From: an uncultured Lachnospiraceae bacterium
Lineage (GTDB): Bacteria > Bacillota > Clostridia > Oscillospirales > CAG-272
Assembly: GCA_964579105.1 (NCBI GenBank)
Contig: CAZOFQ010000002.1
Span: forward strand, 1-39,475
DNA length: 39,475 nucleotides
Direction of reading: 5' to 3'
Shown here in pieces: positions 16,965-26,055 of this stretch. Every line of letters begins with the position of its first letter. The first letter of the stretch is position 1. The notes below the pieces were generated by a model that was not told the DNA's origin, ran no database searches, and saw nothing but the letters and a program-made list of their open reading frames with translations. A program made the position numbers and the translations under genes.

Positions 16965-17852
16965 TTATTTACAGGATTTTTTATATTGCGAGGGCGTCAT
17001 GCCCACGTAAGTCTTAAATAGGGTGGAAAAATAATGCGAATTGGAAAGCATCAGCTTTTCCGAAATTTCAAAAAACGAGAGCTTTGTCTCACGGATGAGG
17101 CGCTTTGCCTCCTCCATTTTCATGCGGTTGAAATAGGGGATCAGGGAAATGCCGCATACGCGGGAAAAATGCTTGCACACGTAGGATTTGCTGAAGCTCA
17201 CATGCTCGCAAAGGGACGTGGTGTCTATTTTCTCGTACAGATGCTTTTCCAGATACTCAATGATCCTGCGGCAAAGCGGATCTGCGGCAAGCTCTTTGGT
17301 TAGAAAAGGGCTTTGCTGTTCGCGGCGGATGACGTGCTCGCGTAGCAGCTCGATCAGCATCAGCTCCAGATGCAACAGGATGCTCTGCTCGCCGCCCCAT
17401 AAGCGATCCTCACGCTTGAAAAGGACGCCCTGGATCTTCAGTCGCTTGTCGGAGGGATCAAAGGTTTGGATCGCCTCGTGCATGATCGCGGAGATGTGCT
17501 GCTTTACGGTGAGAGAAGCGCGAAGCCTGCGCCCCGCGAGCTGCGAAAGCAAGGGCGAGCTGCAACGGAATGCCGAGATGAATATATTGGGAAATTCTCC
17601 CTTGGGGATCTGCAGCATGTGTCGCTCAAGAGGGCGGTGGAGATAGAATTCTCCCTGCTGCAAGGAAAGAACCCGTTCGTCTGCCACAACGTCGCAGCAT
17701 CCGCGATCTGCAAAGATCAGCTCCCATTCCTCGTGCTGCTCGGGATGATCCTTAAACGTATCGCTAAACTCGAAATAGAGCAGGGTGGAAACAAGATCGA
17801 TATGCACTGCCTTTTCCATGGCGGTGCGTCCCATGCGAATGATATGCTCCAT
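16965..17852 (-). CDS. AraC-family transcriptional regulator (cupin-like N-domain plus HTH_18)
   Basis: The C-terminal sequence LCEHVSFSKSYVCKHFSRVCGISLIPYFNRMKMEEAKRLIRETKLSFFEISEKLMLSNSHYFSTLFKTYVGMTPSQY is a canonical AraC dual HTH. It lies 20 nt upstream of the oxidoreductase gene. Confidence 0.88.
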   Translation of the reverse strand: MEHIIRMGRTAMEKAVHIDLVSTLLYFEFSDTFKDHPEQHEEWELIFADRGCCDVVADERVLSLQQGEFYLHRPLERHMLQIPKGEFPNIFISAFRCSSPLLSQLAGRRLRASLTVKQHISAIMHEAIQTFDPSDKRLKIQGVLFKREDRLWGGEQSILLHLELMLIELLREHVIRREQQSPFLTKELAADPLCRRIIEYLEKHLYEKIDTTSLCEHVSFSKSYVCKHFSRVCGISLIPYFNRMKMEEAKRLIRETKLSFFEISEKLMLSNSHYFSTLFKTYVGMTPSQYKKSCK

Positions 17853-17926
17853 ATATGCACCTACATTTATTATACAATATTTTTCTATACCTTGTGTACA
17901 AAATATGGCACGCTTTGTATAAGCGT

Positions 17927-19066
17927 TTACTTTTCAAAAGTGCGGATCAGGCGAAAGACCTGCTCTGCCGTTTTTTCCAGATTATGCTGTGCCGTGGAGG
18001 GCTCCATGGCTTGCTCCGACGTGAGCACCTGCCGCAAAACGGGGAAAAAGGCATCAATGCCCTGTGTGTTACAAACGTCGGCATCCTCGGCAACACAGCC
18101 CGAAAACGCGATCACGGGCTTGCCATGCTTTTTGGCAAGCCGTGCCACGCCCACGGGTGCTTTGCCCATTGCGCTTTGTCCGTCCAAGCGTCCTTCGCCC
18201 GTCACAACAACGTCGGCGTCCTTGATGAAGTGCTCCAGCCCTGTGGTCTCCAGCACGAGCGAGATCCCCGATTGCAGTCGCGCATGGAGGAAGGCGAGTA
18301 GTGCAAAGCCGATGCCGCCTGCCGCCCCTGCCCCGGGAGTGTTGGGGTCTGCATGCGGGCTAACGGTGCTTGCCAGTGCCGCATAACGAGAGAGCCATGC
18401 ATCCATATCGCGGATCATATCGGGGGTAGCACCCTTTTGCGGGCCGTAGATCGCACTGCAGCCCTGCTCGCCGCAAAGCGGGTTGGTCACATCGCATGCC
18501 ACCAGAAATTCACACTCCGAAAGGGCGGATAGGGCGTTCTCCGTGCGGATCTCTGCGAGCGCGGCAAGCCCCCCTCCGCCCAACGCAACGGGAGTGCCCG
18601 CTTTGTCCAAAAGATCAAAGCCGAGGGCTTGCAGCATGCCGATGCCGCCGTCGTTGGTGACGCTGCCGCCGATGCCCATGATGATGCGGCGACAGCCGCG
18701 CGAAAGGGCATCGGCAATCATTTGCCCCACTCCGAAGGTGGTGGTGTTTAAGGGATTTCTTTGCTCCGCGGGGATCAGGGTAATGCCCGCCGCGGCAGAC
18801 ATCTCCATGACTGCTGTACTGTCGGGGAGGATCCCGTAACGCGCCGTTATGAGCTCGCCCAGCGGGTTTTTGACACATACCGTTACGTAGGCTCCGTTGC
18901 AGCCCGCCACGACGGCGTCCACGGTGCCCTCGCCGCCGTCGGCAAGCGGACGCACGAAAACCGCTGCGTCGGGATATACGGCACGCACGCCGCGCGCCAC
19001 CGCCTCTCCCGCTTGTATGGAAGAAATGCTCCCCTTGAAGGAGTCGATTGCCGTTACAATGTTCAT
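17927..19066 (-). CDS. glxK: Glycerate kinase
   Basis: MNIVTAIDSFKGSISSIQAGEAV...RPLADGGEGTVDA...GIGGSVTNDGGIGMLQALG are glycerate kinase family signatures. The start is at the ATG at 19066. Confidence 0.88.
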   Translation of the reverse strand: MNIVTAIDSFKGSISSIQAGEAVARGVRAVYPDAAVFVRPLADGGEGTVDAVVAGCNGAYVTVCVKNPLGELITARYGILPDSTAVMEMSAAAGITLIPAEQRNPLNTTTFGVGQMIADALSRGCRRIIMGIGGSVTNDGGIGMLQALGFDLLDKAGTPVALGGGGLAALAEIRTENALSALSECEFLVACDVTNPLCGEQGCSAIYGPQKGATPDMIRDMDAWLSRYAALASTVSPHADPNTPGAGAAGGIGFALLAFLHARLQSGISLVLETTGLEHFIKDADVVVTGEGRLDGQSAMGKAPVGVARLAKKHGKPVIAFSGCVAEDADVCNTQGIDAFFPVLRQVLTSEQAMEPSTAQHNLEKTAEQVFRLIRTFEK

Positions 19067-19264
19067 TGCCGAGCCCCCTTGCATAAATGTATAATATAAT
19101 TCTATCGTTTTGTACAAGATTTGTCAAGAGAAGCATGAATTTTATGTAATCTGCTTGTGTTACGGCGGGATTTGTGATACAATAAAATTCAGAAGACTAA
19201 GCGGGTGCATGCGGAGATCGTGAGAGTGTTGCGCGCAGAATTTCAAAAAAACAAGGGGAACGGT

Positions 19265-20194
19265 ATGAAAAAAGCGGTGATAAGTGGTGCAACGGGTGCC
19301 ATTGGAAGGGCGCTGATCGAGGTTTTGACCGCCGCGGGAGTTGAGGTGCTCTTGCTTGTGCGTAAGGGCTCGCCGCGTGCCGCGGACATTCCCTCCTGCT
19401 CCCTTGTGCGGAAAATTGCTTGCGATATAGAGGATTTTGCAAAAATTGCGTCGGTGCAGGGTGCACCGTACGAGGTGTTTTTTCATCTCGCGTGGAAGGG
19501 CACCTACGGCGCTTCGCGTGAGGATGCGGCGCTGCAGGAGGGTAACGTAAGGGGGGCGTCGGATGCCGTGAGGCTCGCGGCAAGGCTTGGCTGTCATACC
19601 TTTGTGGGCGTGGGCTCGCAGGCGGAATACGGGCACGTGCCCGTCGGCACGCGGATCGGCGAGGAGCAAGCCCCTTGTCCCATCACTGCCTACGGCAAGG
19701 CAAAATGCGAAGCGCGCCTGCGTACGCGCGCGCTGTGCGCGGCGTACGGCATGCGCCACGTCTGGGCGCGCGTGTTCAGCGTATACGGCCCGTATGATCG
19801 CCCCGAGACCTTGGTTATGTCTGTCATCTCCGCTTTTTTGAGGGGCGAGGAGGCGGCGGTCACGCGGGGAGAGCAGCACTGGGACTATCTTTACAGCACA
19901 GATGCCGCGCGCGCGTTGCTCCTGCTTGCCGAAAAGGGAAAAAGCGGCGAGTGCTACAACGTAGCAAGCGGTGAAACGCGTCCGCTTGCCGAATACATTA
20001 CCGCCATACGCGATACGCTTTCTCCGAATGGCAAAATACGATTTGGCGCACGCCCCTACCGCGAGGGAGAGGTGATGAATCTTTCAGCGGATATAGCAAA
20101 GCTGCAGCGAGCTACGGGCTTTGTTCCCACGGTTCCTTTTGACGAGGGGATACAAAAAACAGCACAATATTGCAAGAGAGAAATAAAAAAATAA
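19265..20194 (+). CDS. NAD-dependent epimerase/dehydratase (extended SDR) family protein
   Basis: MKKAVISGATGAIGRAL (GxxGxxG) and the YGKAK catalytic YxxxK motif. Confidence 0.85.
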   Translation: MKKAVISGATGAIGRALIEVLTAAGVEVLLLVRKGSPRAADIPSCSLVRKIACDIEDFAKIASVQGAPYEVFFHLAWKGTYGASREDAALQEGNVRGASDAVRLAARLGCHTFVGVGSQAEYGHVPVGTRIGEEQAPCPITAYGKAKCEARLRTRALCAAYGMRHVWARVFSVYGPYDRPETLVMSVISAFLRGEEAAVTRGEQHWDYLYSTDAARALLLLAEKGKSGECYNVASGETRPLAEYITAIRDTLSPNGKIRFGARPYREGEVMNLSADIAKLQRATGFVPTVPFDEGIQKTAQYCKREIKK

Positions 20195-20284
20195 CATTTT
20201 GTGATTTTGTTATGCTTTTTGGCAAGTTCCGTATTGACGGGCTTGCCTGCCGATGCTACAATGTAGCCAAGGGAGGGATGGAAC

Positions 20285-21565
20285 TTGGATATTAACACGT
20301 ATTTGACTTTTTTTAAAAAGGAGCTCAAGGAAAATCTCCTGTGGTTTTGGTTGCCACGGTGTGAGGACAAGCAAAACGGCGGATATTTCAACTGCTTTTG
20401 CAATGACGGCAGCCGCTTGATCTCCACCGATAAATATACCTGGTCGCAAGGGCGGTTTCTTTGGACTTTTTCCAAGCTGGCGACGATGGAGGGTGAGATC
20501 TTTGATGCAGAACAGCGCGCACGCTTTCTCTCTCTTGCCAAATCGGGCAGAGATTTTCTGCTGCGCCACGTCCTGATCGGCAAAGGGGACTACCGTTGCG
20601 TGTTTTTGATGGAGGCGGACGGCACACCCAAGCGCGTTGACGGGTACGAGGAATTGGACATGAGCATTTCCGCAGACTGCTTCGTGGTGGCGGGCTTTGC
20701 AAAATATGCGCTTGCCACAGGGGACGCCGAGTCCTGGCAATTTGCCAAAAGGCTTTACGAATCCGTCTGGACGCGCTATATGTCGGGCAACTACCGTTCG
20801 TTGCCCTATCCGTTATCACCGCGCTACCGCGGGCACGCACGTCCTATGATCCTGACCAACGTGGGATGCGAAATGCATGCGGCGGCAAGGGTGTTTGACG
20901 CCGCATATGCCCCCGTGCTGGAGGAGCGTATTGCACTTTGCCACAGGGAGGTATTTGAGGTATTTATGGATAAGGAGCACCTCGTGCATGAGTTCAAGTA
21001 TGCCGACGGTGATTTTCCTCCCGACCTGTTCGGGCAGCACATCAACCCGGGGCATACGCTGGAGGACATGTGGTTTCAATGCGAGGCGGCGGAGCTTTTG
21101 GATCTGCACGACTATGACGCAGACATTGCCGCCGTGGCAAAGCGCACCTTTGACGTCGGCTGGGATGAGGTACACGGCGGACTCTACCACTTTGTGACCT
21201 GCGACGGCAAGGGCATGACGGGTGATGTCGGAGAGGCGGCAGACGAGCCGCAGATGAAGCTGGTGCTGGACGACTGGGGCAGTAAGCTGTGGTGGGTACA
21301 TTCCGAGGCGCTGTATACCACGCTCCTATTATATTTTCGCACGGGCGACGAGACGTTCTTGCGTCAGTTTGAGCAAGCCTTTTCCTACACGTACCGTACC
21401 TTCCCCAACCCCGACCGCGAGGTGCGTGAGTGGATCCAGATCCGCACGCGAGAGGGCAAGCCGCAGGAAAAGGTCGTGGCGCTGCCCGTTAAGGATCCGT
21501 ATCATATCATCCGCAACGTGGTGCTGATCATCGAGCTCTTACAAAAATATCAAAAGGAGGCATAA
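20285..21565 (+). CDS. AGE-family (N-acylglucosamine 2-epimerase/cellobiose 2-epimerase-like) epimerase/isomerase
   Basis: 426 aa with a TTG start and a GGGAGGGA RBS. GGYFNCF..., W.QGR.LWTFS, GHTLEDMWF and GGLYHF are typical of the (alpha/alpha)6-barrel AGE superfamily. Its own TTGACG-17-TACAAT promoter lies at about 20232-20260. Confidence 0.8.
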   Translation: MDINTYLTFFKKELKENLLWFWLPRCEDKQNGGYFNCFCNDGSRLISTDKYTWSQGRFLWTFSKLATMEGEIFDAEQRARFLSLAKSGRDFLLRHVLIGKGDYRCVFLMEADGTPKRVDGYEELDMSISADCFVVAGFAKYALATGDAESWQFAKRLYESVWTRYMSGNYRSLPYPLSPRYRGHARPMILTNVGCEMHAAARVFDAAYAPVLEERIALCHREVFEVFMDKEHLVHEFKYADGDFPPDLFGQHINPGHTLEDMWFQCEAAELLDLHDYDADIAAVAKRTFDVGWDEVHGGLYHFVTCDGKGMTGDVGEAADEPQMKLVLDDWGSKLWWVHSEALYTTLLLYFRTGDETFLRQFEQAFSYTYRTFPNPDREVREWIQIRTREGKPQEKVVALPVKDPYHIIRNVVLIIELLQKYQKEA

Positions 21566-21571
21566 CGTGCC

Positions 21572-22342
21572 ATGAAAAACGTACTTTTTTCAAAATATCG
21601 CAAGCTTGTGGAGCAAGCCTTTGTGCCGATCTTCGTGAAGGATGACTTTGATACCGACACGTTGCTTGCAGGCTGTGAGCTTGCAGGCGTGCACGTGATA
21701 GAATACACCCTGCGCCGTCCCGACGCACACAAGGTCATTCCCACGCTAAAAGGGCGCTATCCCGAAAGCGTGGTAATGGTGGGCAGTACCGTTGACTGCG
21801 ATGAGATCGTGTACGGCATGCGGGAGAAGTTCCCGCAGCTGATGACCATTGCCGAGCTTGCCCCGCACGTGGACGGGCTTGTTTCCATGCTCCCCTACTC
21901 GGATGAAACCATCGCGCGCTACCGCCATACGCACCTGATCCTGCCCACAGCAGAAAGCAGCGGCGAGGCATTGCGCCAGATGCGTGCGGGCGCCAGTGCC
22001 ATCAAGGTGTGCGGTCCCGATCTTTCCTTCTCCAAGCTTCTGCACGCCGCCCCCACCTTTGGCTATTGCCCCACGTTCGTAACGGGTGGTATTCACAAGG
22101 GGCGTATGGAGGAGGCATTCACCGCGGGGAATATCCTTACTGCGGCAGGCTTTGATCTGATCCTCAAGGGTGAGGATCCTGCCACGCTGACCCCCGAAAC
22201 GGTGGCAGAAAAGCTACTTGAATATGTGAACGCCGCCAAGGAAGCACGCGCCAAGGTGCAGCCGACGTTTGCGGGGATCGAGCGCTTGGAGGATGCGGAA
22301 TTTGTCCGTGCACTTCCCAATTATTGTCCCTACGCCGACTGA
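21572..22342 (+). CDS. KDPG/KHG (Eda-like) aldolase family protein
   Basis: VIEYTLRRPDA resembles the Eda E-x-T-x-R motif. GASAIKVCGPD...FGYCPTFVTGGI resembles the Eda Schiff-base Lys region and the PTGGI motif. It is longer than classical Eda. Confidence 0.6.
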   Translation: MKNVLFSKYRKLVEQAFVPIFVKDDFDTDTLLAGCELAGVHVIEYTLRRPDAHKVIPTLKGRYPESVVMVGSTVDCDEIVYGMREKFPQLMTIAELAPHVDGLVSMLPYSDETIARYRHTHLILPTAESSGEALRQMRAGASAIKVCGPDLSFSKLLHAAPTFGYCPTFVTGGIHKGRMEEAFTAGNILTAAGFDLILKGEDPATLTPETVAEKLLEYVNAAKEARAKVQPTFAGIERLEDAEFVRALPNYCPYAD

Positions 22343-22797
22343 TGAGACGCATTTTATTTGTATGTCACGGCAATATTTGCCGTTCGCCCATGGCAGAGAT
22401 CGTGTTCCGCGACATGCTGCAAAAGCGCGGACTCGCTCAAAAATACGAGGTGGCGTCCGCCGCCACCAGCACCGAGGAGCTTGGCAACCCCGTATATCCC
22501 CCCGCACGCGCCGAGCTTGCCGCACATGGGCTTTCTGCGGCGGGGAAATACGCCGTGCAGCTGACGCGCCGTGATTACGAGCATTACGATCTGCTTGTTG
22601 CCATGGACGGCAACAACGTGCGCAACATGCACCGCATGCTTGGCGGCGACCCGCAGGGAAAGATCTGCAAATTGCTTTCCTTTGCGGGTGAGACGGGCGA
22701 CGTTGCCGATCCGTGGTTCACGGGGCGCTTTTCCGAAGCGTTTGCCGACGTGGAGCGCGGCTGTCGCGCATTGCTGGACGCGCTGGAACGTGAATAA
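22342..22797 (+). CDS. Low-molecular-weight protein-tyrosine phosphatase
   Basis: ILFVCHGNICRSPMAE (CX5R-S P-loop) and DVADPW (catalytic Asp). The start overlaps the upstream stop (ATGA). Confidence 0.88.
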   Translation: MRRILFVCHGNICRSPMAEIVFRDMLQKRGLAQKYEVASAATSTEELGNPVYPPARAELAAHGLSAAGKYAVQLTRRDYEHYDLLVAMDGNNVRNMHRMLGGDPQGKICKLLSFAGETGDVADPWFTGRFSEAFADVERGCRALLDALERE

Positions 22798-22859
22798 TCA
22801 CCCCCGTATGACGGGTAAAATCAATTTGAAGCAAAAAACAAGAGCAAGGAGAATTTGTT

Positions 22860-23021
22860 ATGAAAAAGTATGTATGTGACGTTTGCGGATGGGAATACGA
22901 CGAGGCTGTGGGTGCGCCCGAGCAGGGCATTGCCGCAGGGACTAAGTTTGAGGAGCTTTCCGCCGATTTCGAGTGCCCGCTGTGCGGCGTTGGCAAGGAG
23001 CAGTTCAGCGAGGCGGAGTAA
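22860..23021 (+). CDS. rd: Rubredoxin (53 aa)
   Basis: Absent from the ORF track (under 60 aa). MKKYVCDVCGWEYDEAVGAPEQGIAAGTKFEELSADFECPLCGVGKEQFSEAE has both CxxCG knuckles. An AAGGAGA RBS lies 8 nt upstream and a terminator follows. Confidence 0.92.
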   Translation: MKKYVCDVCGWEYDEAVGAPEQGIAAGTKFEELSADFECPLCGVGKEQFSEAE

Positions 23022-23043
23022 CTCATAAGCTTCACACAGTATG

Positions 23044-23083
23044 GAAAGCAGCCACCGCCAAACGGCGGTGGTTGCTTTCTTTG
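23044..23083 (+). terminator. Rho-independent terminator after rubredoxin
   Basis: GAAAGCAGCCACCGCC-aaa-CGGCGGTGGTTGCTTTC followed by TTTG. Confidence 0.8.
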
Positions 23084-23163
23084 TATGCGGGGACGTCTTG
23101 CACTTCCTTTGCATTTGCTGTATAATGGTATCACTTGAATGCTTTGTGCGGAGGAAATCTATC

Positions 23164-23928
23164 ATGAAAGAAACGCAGGAACGGGTCACGGGAACGCCGT
23201 GTGGCAAAGGAAGACGCTGGCTTTGGCTTGGAATTTCGCTTGCCGTGCTGCTTGCGCTGTTTGTCGTGTGCGCCGTGTACCTTTCGAACGGCTACGAGGC
23301 GGATACAGAAGCAATAAACGCCTTTGCCACGGACGTGAGCGTTACAAGAGAGGAGAGGACGGACGGCTTGGTGTTTTCACCGCAGGAGCCGCAAAAAGGG
23401 TTTATCTTCTATCCGGGCGGCAAGGTGGAGCATATCGCCTATGAGCCCTTGATGCGCGCACTTGCGGCAGAAGGCTTTTTGTGCGTGCTGCTGGAGATGC
23501 CCTTTGATCTTGCCGTGCTTGCCGTAAACGCCGCAGACGGTGTGCGGGAGCAATACCCCGCGGTTACCGAATGGTATATCGGCGGTCACTCGCTCGGCGG
23601 CTCGATGGCGGCATCCTATTTGCAAAAGAACGCGCAGAGCTATGCGGGGCTTGTGCTGCTTGGCTCTTACTCCACTGCAGACCTCTCGCAAAGCGGTCTT
23701 TCGGTGCTGTCGGTATACGGCAGCGAGGATCTTGTACTGAACCGAGAAAAATACGAGCAGTGCAGGCAGAACCTGCCGCAAGATACGCGCGAGGTCGTGA
23801 TTGAGGGCGGTTGTCATGCCTACTTCGGCATGTACGGCGCGCAAGCAGGGGACGGCACTCCTACGGTGACCAACGAGGAGCAGATTGCCCGTACCGTGCA
23901 AGAGATCGTTGCATTCGCCGCAAAGTGA
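23164..23928 (+). CDS. Membrane-anchored alpha/beta hydrolase
   Basis: There is an N-terminal TM segment (WLWLGISLAVLLALFVVCAVY), the nucleophile elbow GGHSLGG and a C-terminal GGCHAYF. The start is at the ATG at 23164. Confidence 0.8.
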   Translation: MKETQERVTGTPCGKGRRWLWLGISLAVLLALFVVCAVYLSNGYEADTEAINAFATDVSVTREERTDGLVFSPQEPQKGFIFYPGGKVEHIAYEPLMRALAAEGFLCVLLEMPFDLAVLAVNAADGVREQYPAVTEWYIGGHSLGGSMAASYLQKNAQSYAGLVLLGSYSTADLSQSGLSVLSVYGSEDLVLNREKYEQCRQNLPQDTREVVIEGGCHAYFGMYGAQAGDGTPTVTNEEQIARTVQEIVAFAAK

Positions 23929-23929
23929 A

Positions 23930-23971
23930 GAAAAAAACAGCCCGAAGGGATGCTCCCTTCGGGCTGTTTTG
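23930..23971. terminator. Bidirectional terminator between convergent genes
   Basis: AAAAAAACAGCCCGAAGGGA-tgc-TCCCTTCGGGCTGTTTTGC. Confidence 0.85.
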
Positions 23972-23982
23972 CATATAGAGGA

Positions 23983-24576
23983 TCAAAGCTCGGTGAGCGA
24001 TCTGCCGAGAAAATCGGTTGCAAGCGTGTTCAGACGGTAGACGGGTAGTCCCACCACGTTGAAGTAGTCACCCTCAAGCCCCTTGATCCAAAGCGAGGCA
24101 AGCCCCTGTACCGCATAAGCGCCCGCTTTGTCGCGCGGCTCGCCGCTTCGCACGTACCAAGCAATATCCTGCTCGCACATGGGCGCAAAGCGCACCAGCG
24201 TGCTGTCAAAATCGCTCGCTTCCCGCTCGCCGCAAAGCAGGGCGACTCCGCTGATGACGCGGTGATCCTTTCCCGAAAGCGCGCGCAGCATCTCCGAGGC
24301 ATGCGCGTCGTCACGCGGTTTGCCGAGGATCTGCTCCTCCAGCGCCACCACGGTGTCCGAGGCGATGATCAGCGTTTCGTCGTTCCATTCGCCGCGACGC
24401 ACGAGCAGCTCACGCACGGCACGTCCCTTGCGGAGCGCCAGCTCACAGACAAGCGCCTCGGGGTCTTTTATATCAGAGGATTCGTTTGTGTCCGCGCTGA
24501 GGATCTCAAACTGCACCCCGAGCATGGAAAGAATTTCTTTTCTGCGTGGGGATTTTGAGGCAAGGATCACACGCAT
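23983..24576 (-). CDS. maf: Maf-like nucleoside triphosphate pyrophosphatase (septum formation protein)
   Basis: MRVILASKSPRRKEIL...DTVV...GKP...AGAYAIQG-type motifs (AGAYAVQG here). Confidence 0.9.
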   Translation of the reverse strand: MRVILASKSPRRKEILSMLGVQFEILSADTNESSDIKDPEALVCELALRKGRAVRELLVRRGEWNDETLIIASDTVVALEEQILGKPRDDAHASEMLRALSGKDHRVISGVALLCGEREASDFDSTLVRFAPMCEQDIAWYVRSGEPRDKAGAYAVQGLASLWIKGLEGDYFNVVGLPVYRLNTLATDFLGRSLTEL

Positions 24577-25025
24577 TATTTTACACCCGTAGAGCCAAAG
24601 CCGCCCGTGCCGCGTGCGGTCTCGTCAAGGCTTTGCGCCTCAAGGAGATTTGCCGTGTAAACGGGCATGAACATCAGCTGTGCAATGCGGTCGCCGCGAT
24701 GCACGGTGAAGGGAACGGCGGAGGAGTTGTAAAGTCCCACGCAGATCTCGCCGCGGTAATCGGAGTCGATGACACCGATGCCGTTGGCAAGATTGATGCC
24801 GCTTTTTACGGCAAGCCCGCTGCGCGCGGCAAGAATTGCCACCACGCTTGCGTTTTCCAAGGCAATTGCCATACCCGTCGGTATCATGGCGCGCTCACCG
24901 GGCTGAATGGTGACGGGCTTGTCCTCGTCGATCGCCGCGCGCATATCAACGGCGGCAGAGCCCTCGGTGGCGTAGGCGGGCATCGTCATCCCGCGGGAGA
25001 GCAGAATTTTTACATCGGTTTTCAT
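24576..25025 (-). CDS. dut: dUTP diphosphatase
   Basis: PAYATEGSAAVDMRA, ARSGLAVKSGI, GVIDSDYRGEI and GGFGSTG are the five dUTPase motifs. The start is at the ATG at 25025. Confidence 0.92.
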   Translation of the reverse strand: MKTDVKILLSRGMTMPAYATEGSAAVDMRAAIDEDKPVTIQPGERAMIPTGMAIALENASVVAILAARSGLAVKSGINLANGIGVIDSDYRGEICVGLYNSSAVPFTVHRGDRIAQLMFMPVYTANLLEAQSLDETARGTGGFGSTGVK

Positions 25026-25056
25026 AAGCGTTCTACCTTTTATGATAAATTTGTGG

Positions 25057-25656
25057 TCATTCAAAATCGCGTCTGCCCTCCAGCGCGCGGGAGAGTGTGA
25101 TCTCGTCGGCGTATTCCAATGCGCCGCCAAAGGGGATGCCGTGCGCCAGGCGCGTTACGCGCACGCCAAGCGGCTGCAAAAGGCGCGAGAGGTACATGGC
25201 AGTTGCCTCCCCCTCTGTGGTTGCACCCGTGGCAACGATCACTTCCTTTACGCGCTCGTCCTCAAGACGTGCCAGCAGCTCACGCAGAGTGAGTGCATCG
25301 GGCGTGATACCACTCATGGGGGAGATCAGCCCGTGCAGCACGTGGTACTGTCCGCGGAAGGTGCGCACTCTTTCAAAAGCCATTACGGCGCGCGCGTCCT
25401 CCACCACACAGATCACCGAGCTGTCGCGTCCCGTATCCATACACAGGGGGCAGACCTCGCGGTCGGTGAGATTCTGGCAGACGGGGCAACGGTGGATGCT
25501 CGCCTTGGCGCGTTGCATGGCAGCGGTGAATTTGTCAACGTCCTCCGGGCTGTATTCCAATATCGCAAAAGCCAGCCTTTCGGCAGATTTGCGCCCGATG
25601 CCGGGGAGTCTGGCAAACTGCTCGGAGAGCACGTCAAGTGCTTCGATCCCCGTCAT
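25057..25656 (-). CDS. recR: Recombination protein RecR
   Basis: LPGIGRKSAERLAF helix-hairpin-helix, the C4 zinc finger CPVCQNLTDREVCPLC, and a Toprim domain. Confidence 0.95.
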   Translation of the reverse strand: MTGIEALDVLSEQFARLPGIGRKSAERLAFAILEYSPEDVDKFTAAMQRAKASIHRCPVCQNLTDREVCPLCMDTGRDSSVICVVEDARAVMAFERVRTFRGQYHVLHGLISPMSGITPDALTLRELLARLEDERVKEVIVATGATTEGEATAMYLSRLLQPLGVRVTRLAHGIPFGGALEYADEITLSRALEGRRDFE

Positions 25657-25657
25657 A

Positions 25658-26038
25658 TCAGAAAAGACCGGGCATGCCCAAGCCGCCCATACCGCCCATA
25701 CCGGACAGGTTCATCGTACCCGTGATCTGCTCCATCTCGGCAGACGCGGTGTCCTCTACACGCTTGATCGCCTCGTTTACGGCGGCTACCAGAATATCGG
25801 AGAGGGTCTCAATGTCGTCGGGATCGACGATCTCGGGCTGGATGTCAAGAGACAGGATCTGCTTTTTGCCGTTGATCTTCACGGTCACGGCACCGCCGCC
25901 CGCGGAGATCTCGTATTCGCGCGCCTCCAGCTCCTCTTGCTTTGCCGCCATATCCGCCTGCATTTTTTGTGCCTGCTGGAGCATGGCGTTGATATTTTGA
26001 CCGCCCATCGCCTTGGGTGCCTTGTAGTTTGCCTTCAT
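25658..26038 (-). CDS. ybaB: YbaB/EbfC-family nucleoid-associated protein
   Basis: NINAMLQQAQKMQADMAAKQEELE...GGGAVTVKINGKKQILSLDIQPEIVDPDD. It occupies the conserved dnaX-ybaB-recR position. Confidence 0.92.
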   Translation of the reverse strand: MKANYKAPKAMGGQNINAMLQQAQKMQADMAAKQEELEAREYEISAGGGAVTVKINGKKQILSLDIQPEIVDPDDIETLSDILVAAVNEAIKRVEDTASAEMEQITGTMNLSGMGGMGGLGMPGLF

Positions 26039-26055
26039 GATGATGTCTCCTTTGC

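Noticed and set aside
15992-17017. 341-aa plus-strand ORF
   Set aside because: It is a shadow ORF opposite the Gfo/Idh/MocA oxidoreductase gene (V/G/H/D-rich, no RBS).
19160-19879. 239-aa minus ORF, and other 100-200-aa ORFs overlapping the epimerase/dehydratase and glycerate kinase genes
   Set aside because: These are Arg/Pro/His-rich shadow ORFs of GC-rich coding regions, without RBSs. The overlapping annotated genes have clear family signatures.
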